Below are positions 37,610 to 46,792 of a DNA stretch of 64,000 bases, in pieces; positions within the stretch are counted from its first letter, which is position 1, and each line of letters begins with the position of its first letter. Source of the DNA: an uncultured virus (IMG/VR IMGVR_UViG_3300008952_002242) (taxonomy: Duplodnaviria; Heunggongvirae; Uroviricota; Caudoviricetes); IMG/VR virus record IMGVR_UViG_3300008952_002242, positions 62,001-126,000 of that record. One strand, written 5' to 3'. A program made the position numbers and the translations under genes. The notes under the pieces are model-generated. The model was not told the origin of the DNA, did no database searches, and was given only the letters and a program-made list of their open reading frames with translations.

Positions 37610-39594
37610 ACTTGACCTCCGATTGGAATTTCACATACATCATTATTACAAAATTTATCTATTTCTGCTTCTTCACCTTCAACACCAACAAAACTCAAAT
37701 ATCCAAGTTTCTCAGTTTCAAAATGATATGTTTTTTCATCTATTGCTTCATATGGCATCTGTTTGTAAGCTCCACCATTTTTTCTTGGTAATAACGATAT
37801 ACCTTTTAATCTATATTGAAAATAATTTAATACATGTGGCAGTTCTTCAGCTTCTGTTTCAGGATTGAATGTTGCTGTACAACTAACTTGGTTATCTGCC
37901 CAATGTCGTTGTAAGAATGCAGCTAAACTGAATTGTTCCCAAATCGAAAGTTCAGCCGCAGTTCTTATACCCTCCCCCGCATCAACGGGCACATCTACTA
38001 CAACTGTGGAATCTTCTGAACCATATGCTGGTTCTACATTATATCCAGCTTTCTTTAATGGTTCTATTAACTCCGAATGTTTTGATAGTCTCATCCTACG
38101 GATATAAAATCTTGACTCTGGATAGTGCATTCCAGGAGTTGCTCCTACTAAGAGTGAAACCGTACCACTTGGTTTAACTGATGTTGTTTTAATTGACTTT
38201 GGTACTGCTAACCAATCACTATATTGTTTATCCCATTCTTGAATTGTATCATATCCATCTTCTAACCAATTTTTTAATTCTTCTAAACCATGTTTAGTAA
38301 CAAACTGTGCAACACCGCTTACTGAACATCCAATTCGTCTATTTCTTAACATAACTCTATTGGTTTCACTCCAATGAGTCTTTCCAAGTGTTACCGTTTT
38401 GGCATACAAATAAGCATATTTAAGTGTCCTTTTATAGTCCTCTAATGACTCATGGTTATTTGGAAAAGTTTCTACTAAACAACATAACTCATATGATTCA
38501 AGTGATTGTTCAAGACAAGGATTACCACCCGCGACTCTATGGTCTTTATTATCACCACCATTTTGCATACGAGAAAATTTTCTCATATTATCCAACCATG
38601 CAAATCCTGGTTCACCATTATCATTAATTCTCTTACAAACATCAGTATAATCCATACCGAGTTCTGCAAATATAGAATTATTTGAAGTCCAACCATATTG
38701 TTCCCTATGTGGGTTTACTTCATAATTTTTAAGATCTAAATACTCATCATCCTGTGGATCACCAAATACAATTTCTGCTGTCCTTCTTACATTACCTGCG
38801 ACAACACATTTACCAATTAGGTTCATTATATCAACAATGGTTGTTGTGGTTATAGGATTTTCTACATTTCTATTTAATACTTTTCTTATCTCTTCATGAA
38901 TTTCTTCTAAAGGTTCATGTCCACTTGATACACCACCGAAACCTTTGATTGGTGCGCCTGCTGGTCTAATCTTTGTGTAATCAAATTGAATTTCTGATGT
39001 TCCATGAAAATAACTCTCTAACAATAACTTTAATGATTCTACCCATCCTTCTCGTGTATCTGGTATCTCATATTCTTCTATACCTCTATTTGGATTAGGT
39101 AATTTAATCATAACCTCACCAGCACCTTTTGTATCGAAACCAACACCAACACCTAACATACTTGCATCCATTAAAAAACAGAATGGTTTTGAATAATCAT
39201 CCTTAATAGTTCCAGTTGATACAAATGCACAATTATTAAGTGCGGCATATAAACCTTTTTTCTCAGTAATTGGTGTTCCCATAGCCCAAAGACCTCGACC
39301 AGGCGGTAAGAACTTCATATTGAACATTCGGTCATACATTTCTTGAGCTGATGCTTGTGCTTGCCAAGGATTCCAACCCAATTGATGAGAATCTATCCAA
39401 TTTTTTTGCATTGAATATGTCCCTTCTACAACCCTCTTGATGGTTTCCCACCATCTTTCATTTTTACCATTTTTTTTAACACGAGAATAAGTTCTCATAT
39501 AGACCAATTCACCCAGACCATTAAATCCGAATGGTGGTTTTTTTCTTTTGTATTTGGAAACAAAATTTTCCGATAATGTAAATTTTTTACTCAT
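37606..39594 (-). CDS. nrdJ: Class II (adenosylcobalamin-dependent) ribonucleotide reductase, monomeric RTPR type
   Basis: PPGRGLW, ALNNC, GNVRRTA, NPCLEQ, ELCCLVE, KPSGT and C-terminal FCNNDVC. Confidence 0.95.
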   Translation of the reverse strand: MSKKFTLSENFVSKYKRKKPPFGFNGLGELVYMRTYSRVKKNGKNERWWETIKRVVEGTYSMQKNWIDSHQLGWNPWQAQASAQEMYDRMFNMKFLPPGRGLWAMGTPITEKKGLYAALNNCAFVSTGTIKDDYSKPFCFLMDASMLGVGVGFDTKGAGEVMIKLPNPNRGIEEYEIPDTREGWVESLKLLLESYFHGTSEIQFDYTKIRPAGAPIKGFGGVSSGHEPLEEIHEEIRKVLNRNVENPITTTTIVDIMNLIGKCVVAGNVRRTAEIVFGDPQDDEYLDLKNYEVNPHREQYGWTSNNSIFAELGMDYTDVCKRINDNGEPGFAWLDNMRKFSRMQNGGDNKDHRVAGGNPCLEQSLESYELCCLVETFPNNHESLEDYKRTLKYAYLYAKTVTLGKTHWSETNRVMLRNRRIGCSVSGVAQFVTKHGLEELKNWLEDGYDTIQEWDKQYSDWLAVPKSIKTTSVKPSGTVSLLVGATPGMHYPESRFYIRRMRLSKHSELIEPLKKAGYNVEPAYGSEDSTVVVDVPVDAGEGIRTAAELSIWEQFSLAAFLQRHWADNQVSCTATFNPETEAEELPHVLNYFQYRLKGISLLPRKNGGAYKQMPYEAIDEKTYHFETEKLGYLSFVGVEGEEAEIDKFCNNDVCEIPIGGQV

Positions 39595-39643
39595 TGACTA
39601 CCTTATAAACCTTAAAATCTTATAAATATAAATATGAAAATAA

Positions 39644-41008
39644 TTACTCATCATCCATTAAATCATCATAACGAGCAGATAATATAGCTTTAGTCTGATT
39701 ATCACGATTTTTAATTTTATGTTGAACATCTTTACCTTGTACTGAACTCGATTCAAATATCTCTATCTTACCAATATTTGTATTGATGCGAGCAGGATAA
39801 GTCAAACCATCAGGACCAAACCGATTCTTAATCACATGAAAACGACCAGTATTACTTATCTTATCTTCTATCTTACGACTTAACGACACCACAAAGTCCG
39901 CCGTCATAACTTTAGCGTAAGATTCAGCAACTTTACTGGCTTCAATCACATCTTCATCCAACGCACTTCTGTTAGCTTGGCTTGCTGTCCATATCGGTAT
40001 TTGCATTTCACCAGCCAATCCTCGTAAATCCTCATAGATACTTCCCAAAGCGTGTCTCATCTCTGTATGTTTATTTGTATCTCTCATAATATCAGCATAA
40101 TCGACCAATACCATATCTACCTTTTCACCAAATGTAATGACCTTTTTCAAATGAGCAGATAATGTATTAACTGTACAGGATTTAGTTGGATAATACTTGA
40201 TAGTTAAATTACCATCCAATTTAAATAACTTCTCCATCACTTCTTCTTTATGATATTTTAAATTTTGACCTTCAACACCACTAAAAATACTATCGTACCG
40301 TAATCCAACATAGGCTTCATTTAACTCCAATGTATAATGTACAACATTCAATCCTTTAGAAATTCCATAAGCACCCATGGCAGCCAATGTCCAAGATTTA
40401 CCAATACCAGCTGGAGCAACTACAACTCCCAATTCACCAGCACCCAATCCACCTTGCATTAACTCATTTATTATATCCCACGGCGTAGGTGATGTTATTC
40501 TTGCCGATTCTTCATATCGTCTATCTATATCTTGTAAATAATCGTGCCCTAAATTTCTCTCAACCCCAGCTTGCATAGCAGTATCAATAATAGACTTAAT
40601 TTCATCAGTATCACCATCAACTTCTAATATTTGAGCTGATTTAATTATAGCATTCTTCAATACTTGTGATTTATGAAAGTCCAATGCCTTATCTTTAATA
40701 TAATCTAAATCAATTGCTTCTGTATTCTTATATACTTCTTTTAAAATTTCCTTTACATTTAATTGTAATACATCAGAATCAATTTCTTGTACTTTAATTT
40801 TAAATACATTCAATGTAATAACATCTTTATAATCTGAATAATATTGATGTATTTCTTTTAATACCCATTGAAATGCATCATTTCCTAAATATTTCTCATC
40901 CAATATATCATGTATTTGTTCAAGAAATAATTTGTCTTGCATCAAACAAACTAAAAACTTAATTTGGAAGGAATATCCGTATTCTGATATTGTTTTTTCT
41001 TTGCTCAT
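39644..41008 (-). CDS. Replicative DnaB-like helicase (gp41-like)
   Basis: APAGIGKS, LELNE, VDYAD, TASQANR and KNRFG. Confidence 0.92.
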   Translation of the reverse strand: MSKEKTISEYGYSFQIKFLVCLMQDKLFLEQIHDILDEKYLGNDAFQWVLKEIHQYYSDYKDVITLNVFKIKVQEIDSDVLQLNVKEILKEVYKNTEAIDLDYIKDKALDFHKSQVLKNAIIKSAQILEVDGDTDEIKSIIDTAMQAGVERNLGHDYLQDIDRRYEESARITSPTPWDIINELMQGGLGAGELGVVVAPAGIGKSWTLAAMGAYGISKGLNVVHYTLELNEAYVGLRYDSIFSGVEGQNLKYHKEEVMEKLFKLDGNLTIKYYPTKSCTVNTLSAHLKKVITFGEKVDMVLVDYADIMRDTNKHTEMRHALGSIYEDLRGLAGEMQIPIWTASQANRSALDEDVIEASKVAESYAKVMTADFVVSLSRKIEDKISNTGRFHVIKNRFGPDGLTYPARINTNIGKIEIFESSSVQGKDVQHKIKNRDNQTKAILSARYDDLMDDE

Positions 41009-41182
41009 TTATTCATCCAAAAAAGATGGAGTACCTTCTCTAATCCATTCAATATTTTGATAACCTTTCTTTAATACCAATTCATGCACTTCTTTTTTAT
41101 TTTCCCTATATAACCAAAACTTAATCTTACCCATAGCTTTATGTTTTGGATGTGTGGCTTTGATTTCATACCATTTCTTCAT
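41009..41182 (-). CDS. Small hypothetical protein (57 aa)
   Basis: Not in ORF track; MKKWYEIKATHPKHK…FLDE exactly fills the gap, with an ATGA overlap. Confidence 0.55.
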   Translation of the reverse strand: MKKWYEIKATHPKHKAMGKIKFWLYRENKKEVHELVLKKGYQNIEWIREGTPSFLDE

Positions 41183-42228
41183 TTCTTATTATTCCAATAA
41201 TGTCGTAATAACATAAATTCAGTTATCCAATTATCAAAATTAGGTATGTGTCCCCATAATTTATCTTCAACTAATAATCTCTGTAGTTTATACTTAACAA
41301 TTGTTGGTTTATATTCTCGTATAGCATCTGTTATTTTCAACTTTGTATGATTTGGTATATCGGGATCATACAATTGCATCAAAATATAATTTCTCTTTAT
41401 AACCATTTGACTATCTTTAATAATATTTGAAATTCTTGTTGATTTAGAATTAGCACTATCTATTAACATTTTAACATCAAACTTTTGATTTTCGCTTAAC
41501 ATAGGATATTCCTTAATCATTGTTTTAGCCCCAATTCCTCTTACCCCCGTTATATTGTCCGACTTATCACCTTCTACAGTTCTACAAGTTAACATATTTT
41601 GTGGGTAAACTCCAAACTCTTTTTTTACCAATTCCTCATTATATGTAATTTTCTTTGTGGGTGAATATAACTCAACTCTATCAGAAACTAATTGTAGAAA
41701 ATCCTTATCAGTTGACATAATAGTGCATTTAGAATCTTTTAATGTAGTGTTAGTTAAATAACCAATAACATCATCAGCCTCTACACCATCAACCGAAATT
41801 ACTGTTATTGGTAAATGTTCTAAATACTCCACCAATCTAACTAATTGAATTCTCATAGATTCAGCTTCATCAGTTGGTGTCATTGTCCAATCAACAGTAC
41901 GATTTAATCTGGAACTAACTCCTCTACCAATTTTATATTGTGGATATAATTTGCGGCGCTTTTTAGAACCATTTTTCCCATCAAACACTATAACACAGCG
42001 TGTTGGTTTAAACTTATTTATCCCAAAACGAATTGATTTAAGAAAACCAACTATCCCACCAATATGACTACCATCCTCATTCATAGATGGATTTACAGCA
42101 AAAGCCCTAATAAAAGTATTTAAACCATCAGAAATGAATATATGATCATCCGGCTTTCTACTAATTGGTTTTGTGACTATATCTGATTCATATTCTTTAA
42201 ATAATTTAGAAAGTGATTTCTTACTCAT
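41179..42228 (-). CDS. 5'-3' exonuclease / RNase H (FEN family, T4 rnh-like)
   Basis: DGLNTFIR, FDG, EADDVI, STDKDFLQL and GDKSDNITGVRGIG. Confidence 0.92.
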   Translation of the reverse strand: MSKKSLSKLFKEYESDIVTKPISRKPDDHIFISDGLNTFIRAFAVNPSMNEDGSHIGGIVGFLKSIRFGINKFKPTRCVIVFDGKNGSKKRRKLYPQYKIGRGVSSRLNRTVDWTMTPTDEAESMRIQLVRLVEYLEHLPITVISVDGVEADDVIGYLTNTTLKDSKCTIMSTDKDFLQLVSDRVELYSPTKKITYNEELVKKEFGVYPQNMLTCRTVEGDKSDNITGVRGIGAKTMIKEYPMLSENQKFDVKMLIDSANSKSTRISNIIKDSQMVIKRNYILMQLYDPDIPNHTKLKITDAIREYKPTIVKYKLQRLLVEDKLWGHIPNFDNWITEFMLLRHYWNNKK

Positions 42229-43330
42229 CTACAAGTTCATCTGAAGTAGACACATCATCGATACCGAGTTTAGCAGAATCGTATTTTAGTATTACTTTAT
42301 CACATATCAAATTATATACATATTTTTGTGTATCTACATCAGCCATCAAAGAACCCCAATCTTTAGATTGGAACTTATGTTCTTTTCCATCTTGGTCTTC
42401 AAATGTATACCAAGCACCAGCCTGTTTGAGTAATTTATGATCTTTCAATATACCCAACCAACTACCAAAATCATCAATACCTTTATCAAAGTACAGTTGA
42501 AAGTCAGCACTTCTCAAAGGTGGACCTAATCGATTCTTAATGACTTGTGCCCTAATCTTAATACCAACAGTATTTTTTTTGGTATCTTTTATCTGTCCAA
42601 CATTCTTTAATCTTACACGAGTAGATGCATGAAATGGTAATGCTTTTCCACCACTTGTAGTCCAAGGGTCTCCAAACATTACACCAAGTTTTTGTCGAAG
42701 TTGATTAGTAAATATCAAACACACTTTTTGACGAGCAATCATCTGAGTTACTTTTCTCATAGCCTTAGATAAAATAATTGCCTTTGATGTAGCCCAACCA
42801 TCTTTATCATAGTCGGCATCCATTTCCATCTTAGTGGAAGCAGCTGCTAAACTATCAACTAATATAGTGACTAATTTATCTTTACTTGATTCTCTTATTT
42901 TTGTAATAATTGTTTCTATTGTATCAAATATTTCTTCAACGGTTTCTAAATGAATATATAACATACTCTCTGTATCTACACCAATTGCTTGTAAAAATTC
43001 AGATGAAACAGAAGATTCAGTATCTATATAAACAGCAAGTCCATCTTTCTTTTGAGTAGATGCAAGAGCATGTGCTCCAATCAAAGATTTACCACTACCT
43101 TCAAGTCCATTTAATTCTGTTATTCTTCCAGCAGCCAATCCACCAAGTGGTTTATTTGATACAGCCAAATCCAATAAAGTAGAACCTGTAGAAATCCAAT
43201 CCGTGACATCAGTTGGTGTTTCTTGCACCCCATCTAAAAAATAAGCAACCTGGTGTGTCTTAGATTGTTTATTTAATTCATCCGCTATAACAGTTGCTAA
43301 ATTATCACGATTTTCAGTTTTACTTACCAT
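42221..43330 (-). CDS. recA: RecA/UvsX recombinase
   Basis: GLEGSGKS, VDSLAA, FTNQLR, TTSGGKALPF and KNRLGPP. Confidence 0.95.
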   Translation of the reverse strand: MVSKTENRDNLATVIADELNKQSKTHQVAYFLDGVQETPTDVTDWISTGSTLLDLAVSNKPLGGLAAGRITELNGLEGSGKSLIGAHALASTQKKDGLAVYIDTESSVSSEFLQAIGVDTESMLYIHLETVEEIFDTIETIITKIRESSKDKLVTILVDSLAAASTKMEMDADYDKDGWATSKAIILSKAMRKVTQMIARQKVCLIFTNQLRQKLGVMFGDPWTTSGGKALPFHASTRVRLKNVGQIKDTKKNTVGIKIRAQVIKNRLGPPLRSADFQLYFDKGIDDFGSWLGILKDHKLLKQAGAWYTFEDQDGKEHKFQSKDWGSLMADVDTQKYVYNLICDKVILKYDSAKLGIDDVSTSDELVDE

Positions 43331-43349
43331 AACTTATTCCTAATAAAGT

Positions 43350-43388
43350 AGGGGTGATGAATAAAAAGGAGGAAAATCCACCACCCCT
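43350..43388 (-). other. Strong intergenic stem-loop between ssb and recA with a CCUCCU loop
   Basis: GGGGUGGUGGA/UUCAUCACCCC stem (G-U pairs work only on the minus strand). Confidence 0.55.
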
Positions 43389-43410
43389 TTGTTAATCCGT
43401 TATACGGATA

Positions 43411-44160
43411 TTAACTATTGAACAATTTATCAAAATCATCTTCTACTTTAGAAGATGCTTTAGTCGTAACCATTTCAGCTTCTGGTTCAGCTTTGTCTTC
43501 ATTAGCAGCCGATGGATTAAGAAAATTATGAAGATGTTCTTTCAACTCATCATAAGTTGGTTCTGTAAAGAGCTCTGCATAATTAGGTTGTTCTTCCAAC
43601 AGATTTTTCTGCATTTTGGAATCTTCAGCCAAATCAGTTTGATTTGGTTTAACACGAATTGTTGTCTTACCATACTGATTTCCAGCTTCTGCTGGAGTCT
43701 GTCTTTCAACAACAATGTCACGGCCTGTCATAGGATCAGAAATATCACCGTAATCTGGATCAGCGATGATACCCAACAGTTCTTGATATACTGTTTTACC
43801 GAATCCCCAAAACTTCACACCTTCAGATTCTTCCCCACGAACCACAACTGGTGCGAATGTTCTCATCTTTGGTTCAATTCTTTTGCCTTGAATCCATTCA
43901 TCTTTATCGCCGGACGATTTAAGTTTATCAGCAAATTGCTGTACCGGATCAGGACGACCAAAAGATTGTGGTGATAATACAGTTTTGTTTGGTACTAAAC
44001 TGTAATGAAAAAACAATTCAATAAATGGATTGTCTTTTTCATGTTTATACGGAACAATTCTAACTTGTGTTTTTCCTGGTTGAGGTTTCCAAATAACAGA
44101 AGCAGTTGTGCTTGTGTTTTGTAACTGGCTTAGTCTAGATTTTATTGCATCAATATCCAT
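43411..44160 (-). CDS. Single-stranded DNA-binding protein (gp32-like)
   Basis: VRIVP…FHY…DPV, FGKTVY, D…GRD and acidic tail ending DDFDKLFNS. Confidence 0.85.
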   Translation of the reverse strand: MDIDAIKSRLSQLQNTSTTASVIWKPQPGKTQVRIVPYKHEKDNPFIELFFHYSLVPNKTVLSPQSFGRPDPVQQFADKLKSSGDKDEWIQGKRIEPKMRTFAPVVVRGEESEGVKFWGFGKTVYQELLGIIADPDYGDISDPMTGRDIVVERQTPAEAGNQYGKTTIRVKPNQTDLAEDSKMQKNLLEEQPNYAELFTEPTYDELKEHLHNFLNPSAANEDKAEPEAEMVTTKASSKVEDDFDKLFNS

Positions 44161-44232
44161 GTTTATTCTCCTAGTTATGTTTAAGGTTTATTATCTATTA
44201 ATAAATATCAATAGATGTTGTTTATGTTTTAT

Positions 44233-44261
44233 AATATACCACTTTTTTACTAAAAAAACAA
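44233..44261 (-). promoter_or_regulatory. sigma70-like promoter TTGTTT-N17-TATATT
   Basis: Intergenic, upstream of ssb, with TGG-extended -10. Confidence 0.45.
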
Positions 44262-44267
44262 GAGGTT

Positions 44268-44663
44268 TTATAAATTTATTATTTTTAATATCCTGGTTGG
44301 AATTACTGATAATCCTTCTTTATTGGTTATCAATATTTTATTACTATAGACATCCCATGGTATTTGTAGAGTTTGATCAAGTATACCATTGTTTATGTTT
44401 TTAATTATTTCATTTAACGCATTAATTGTATAAAGTGTATTGGTTAATTTTTTCCTATGAAGTGATATAGTTTTCTTAACCAAACCAAAATCCAATTGTT
44501 CATTATTCTCTACATTATAAGTACAAATTAATTCATGATTTTTTTCTTCGTTCTGTAGAACATAAATTTTATCATATACAATCGTAAAATGTTTAGTTAC
44601 ATCATGAGTTGTTTGTTCAAGATCCTTTTTATTTGTAAAGGTACACAATAATTGAGTTTTCAT
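44268..44663 (-). CDS. Conserved hypothetical phage protein
   Basis: 131-aa ORF with LLCTF and HRKKLTNTLYTINALN. Confidence 0.65.
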   Translation of the reverse strand: MKTQLLCTFTNKKDLEQTTHDVTKHFTIVYDKIYVLQNEEKNHELICTYNVENNEQLDFGLVKKTISLHRKKLTNTLYTINALNEIIKNINNGILDQTLQIPWDVYSNKILITNKEGLSVIPTRILKIINL

Positions 44664-46792
44664 TATTTCATCTTCTTAATCCATCCCAATGCAGGATTGT
44701 TGTGTTTCATCCGACTTGAATATACATTAGTTGGTGCTATATAGCCAGTATCAGAAACCGAATAACCTTGATCTGCATCAAAACCAACCCAAACTACAGA
44801 ATTCACTCCGTCTGAATGTACTCTCTTAATCCATTTCTTTTCTTGATTTGTTCCCTTTACATCATAAACAACATAATCTGAATTAGAAAAGGCTTGACTT
44901 TTAAGCCCTCTTTCAGGATGATTATGAACCATAGTAGTTACCCATTGATTGTAATGATATATCTGACCTCTACGAATAGCATCTTCTTTACTTTCCCCCA
45001 GTTCTCTTTTAGCTTTTGGTGTTCTTTCCCATTGTGTTTTAGCCTTTCCTCTACAGTATTCCCACATTTTATCAAGCTCAGCTTGTTTATTAGGATAATC
45101 TGATTCAGGATAAAATTCTTCAAATACAGCTTCATTATCAGTTTTATATTTATCAAAATCTTCAGAAGAAATAGGAGTTGGTGTATTTCCATCAGCCGGA
45201 TAAAGTATACTATAATAACTCATTAATCCATGCAAGACTTCTTTCGTACCCTTTCTCTTTTCACCATTCACTTCAATAGTTACATCTTTATCTTTAAATG
45301 TTGAATTATCAACTTTATTTGGCATTTGAGAAGCACCACCCCCAGCAAATTTAACAGAAGATCCTTCCATTTCATATTCTTGTGGTGGCGCAGATTTACC
45401 ATCGACTGTAGTTACAATTGATGTTGGTGCACCACCCTTGAGAGCCAAAACATCCGAAGTCTTAAAATTACCTGATGATGGTATATATGTTTCATAACCT
45501 TCATTTAAATTACGCATAGCTTCAACTGTTTCAGCCATATATGCTGTCATATTGGTAAATTCGTTTTGTTCATATACTTGTTTACCTTTACTATTCAAAA
45601 CACGATTACCCTTTTCATCAAATTTAGGATTCTTATTCTTAGTTAATGCCAACATCTCATTACACGCATTAGCAAAAGCTTCAGTATCCTTAGGATCAGC
45701 ATTCTCCAAATCACGAATTTCATCAAGTTTTTGAGTAACATCTTTGATTATCTTGCGATTAAATTTATCCTTTTTATTTAAATTTGTATTTATTTTAACT
45801 AACATATTAGCAAGATTTTCTGTGGCATTCATAATACAATGAGTTCTTCCTTCAGGAGTAGTAGCATCATTAATATCACAAAATTCAACTTCTCCCACAG
45901 GTAAACCTTCTAATCTCATCTGTGAAACTGGATCATTAGGATCTGCCTTTAAAACAAAAGATCTTTCCGAAACTTCACTACCATCTTCTCTTTTTCTAGC
46001 AGGTATTGTCACTTTCCTACTACCATCTTTTCCTTCTGTTACAGTTCCAGTTACTCTTTTTCTATGAAGTTGCTGTGGTGACATAATAGTTCTACTCATC
46101 CCACCAGGCCTCATTGGAATTGGAACTCCAGTACTCTCTATAGTTTCAATCCATTTACCAATCCCCTTCTTTGGTTCTTTTTTCCCACTAAGATATCTGG
46201 CATGATCTCCAACATAAACTTTTCCATAACCTTCCTTATCGTCTTGTAAATAAAGTGCTCTTGATAATTTATATTTTGTTATTAAATTTTTAGCAATTTT
46301 TGCAGCTTTGATTTTGGATTTTTTATCACCTTTAGCCATTAATTGTTCAATATCTTTAACTGCTTCTATAACCTTTGGTTGTACAAACTCTACCGCATCA
46401 CTATGATCCATTTTATCAACATGTGGTTCTTGAGATTGAGTCTCAACATCACTATCACCAGAAGCGTCATCAGCAGTATCTACCGCACCACCCTTTTCTT
46501 TTCCTCTAGTATAAATCTTAGACTTTAATGTACCATCGGGCTTAACCGAAGCATAAGTCTCACCTTTTTCAGCCTTCGCTTTAGCCTTTTTTACAGTTGA
46601 AGCTGTTTTATCAGGTTTAGAAGCTTCTAAAGCCAATATAACATTATCTATTACTTTATTATCTATTCCATTTGCTAAACATATCTCTTTCAATATAACA
46701 ATATGACCAGCATCCTTTGGATCTGGAGATCCAGTATGTACCTTAACTCTCCACTCTAAAAATAATGATTCAACTAATGGATGTATTTCCAT
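44663..46792 (-). CDS. Large hypothetical protein (709 aa)
   Basis: Long Lys-rich ORF with no recognisable catalytic motif. Confidence 0.7.
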   Translation of the reverse strand: MEIHPLVESLFLEWRVKVHTGSPDPKDAGHIVILKEICLANGIDNKVIDNVILALEASKPDKTASTVKKAKAKAEKGETYASVKPDGTLKSKIYTRGKEKGGAVDTADDASGDSDVETQSQEPHVDKMDHSDAVEFVQPKVIEAVKDIEQLMAKGDKKSKIKAAKIAKNLITKYKLSRALYLQDDKEGYGKVYVGDHARYLSGKKEPKKGIGKWIETIESTGVPIPMRPGGMSRTIMSPQQLHRKRVTGTVTEGKDGSRKVTIPARKREDGSEVSERSFVLKADPNDPVSQMRLEGLPVGEVEFCDINDATTPEGRTHCIMNATENLANMLVKINTNLNKKDKFNRKIIKDVTQKLDEIRDLENADPKDTEAFANACNEMLALTKNKNPKFDEKGNRVLNSKGKQVYEQNEFTNMTAYMAETVEAMRNLNEGYETYIPSSGNFKTSDVLALKGGAPTSIVTTVDGKSAPPQEYEMEGSSVKFAGGGASQMPNKVDNSTFKDKDVTIEVNGEKRKGTKEVLHGLMSYYSILYPADGNTPTPISSEDFDKYKTDNEAVFEEFYPESDYPNKQAELDKMWEYCRGKAKTQWERTPKAKRELGESKEDAIRRGQIYHYNQWVTTMVHNHPERGLKSQAFSNSDYVVYDVKGTNQEKKWIKRVHSDGVNSVVWVGFDADQGYSVSDTGYIAPTNVYSSRMKHNNPALGWIKKMK

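Noticed and set aside
33853..43330. Inteins or self-splicing introns in polB, nrdJ, helicase or recA
   Set aside because: Protein lengths are normal, motifs are contiguous, and no intein splice-junction or LAGLIDADG blocks were seen
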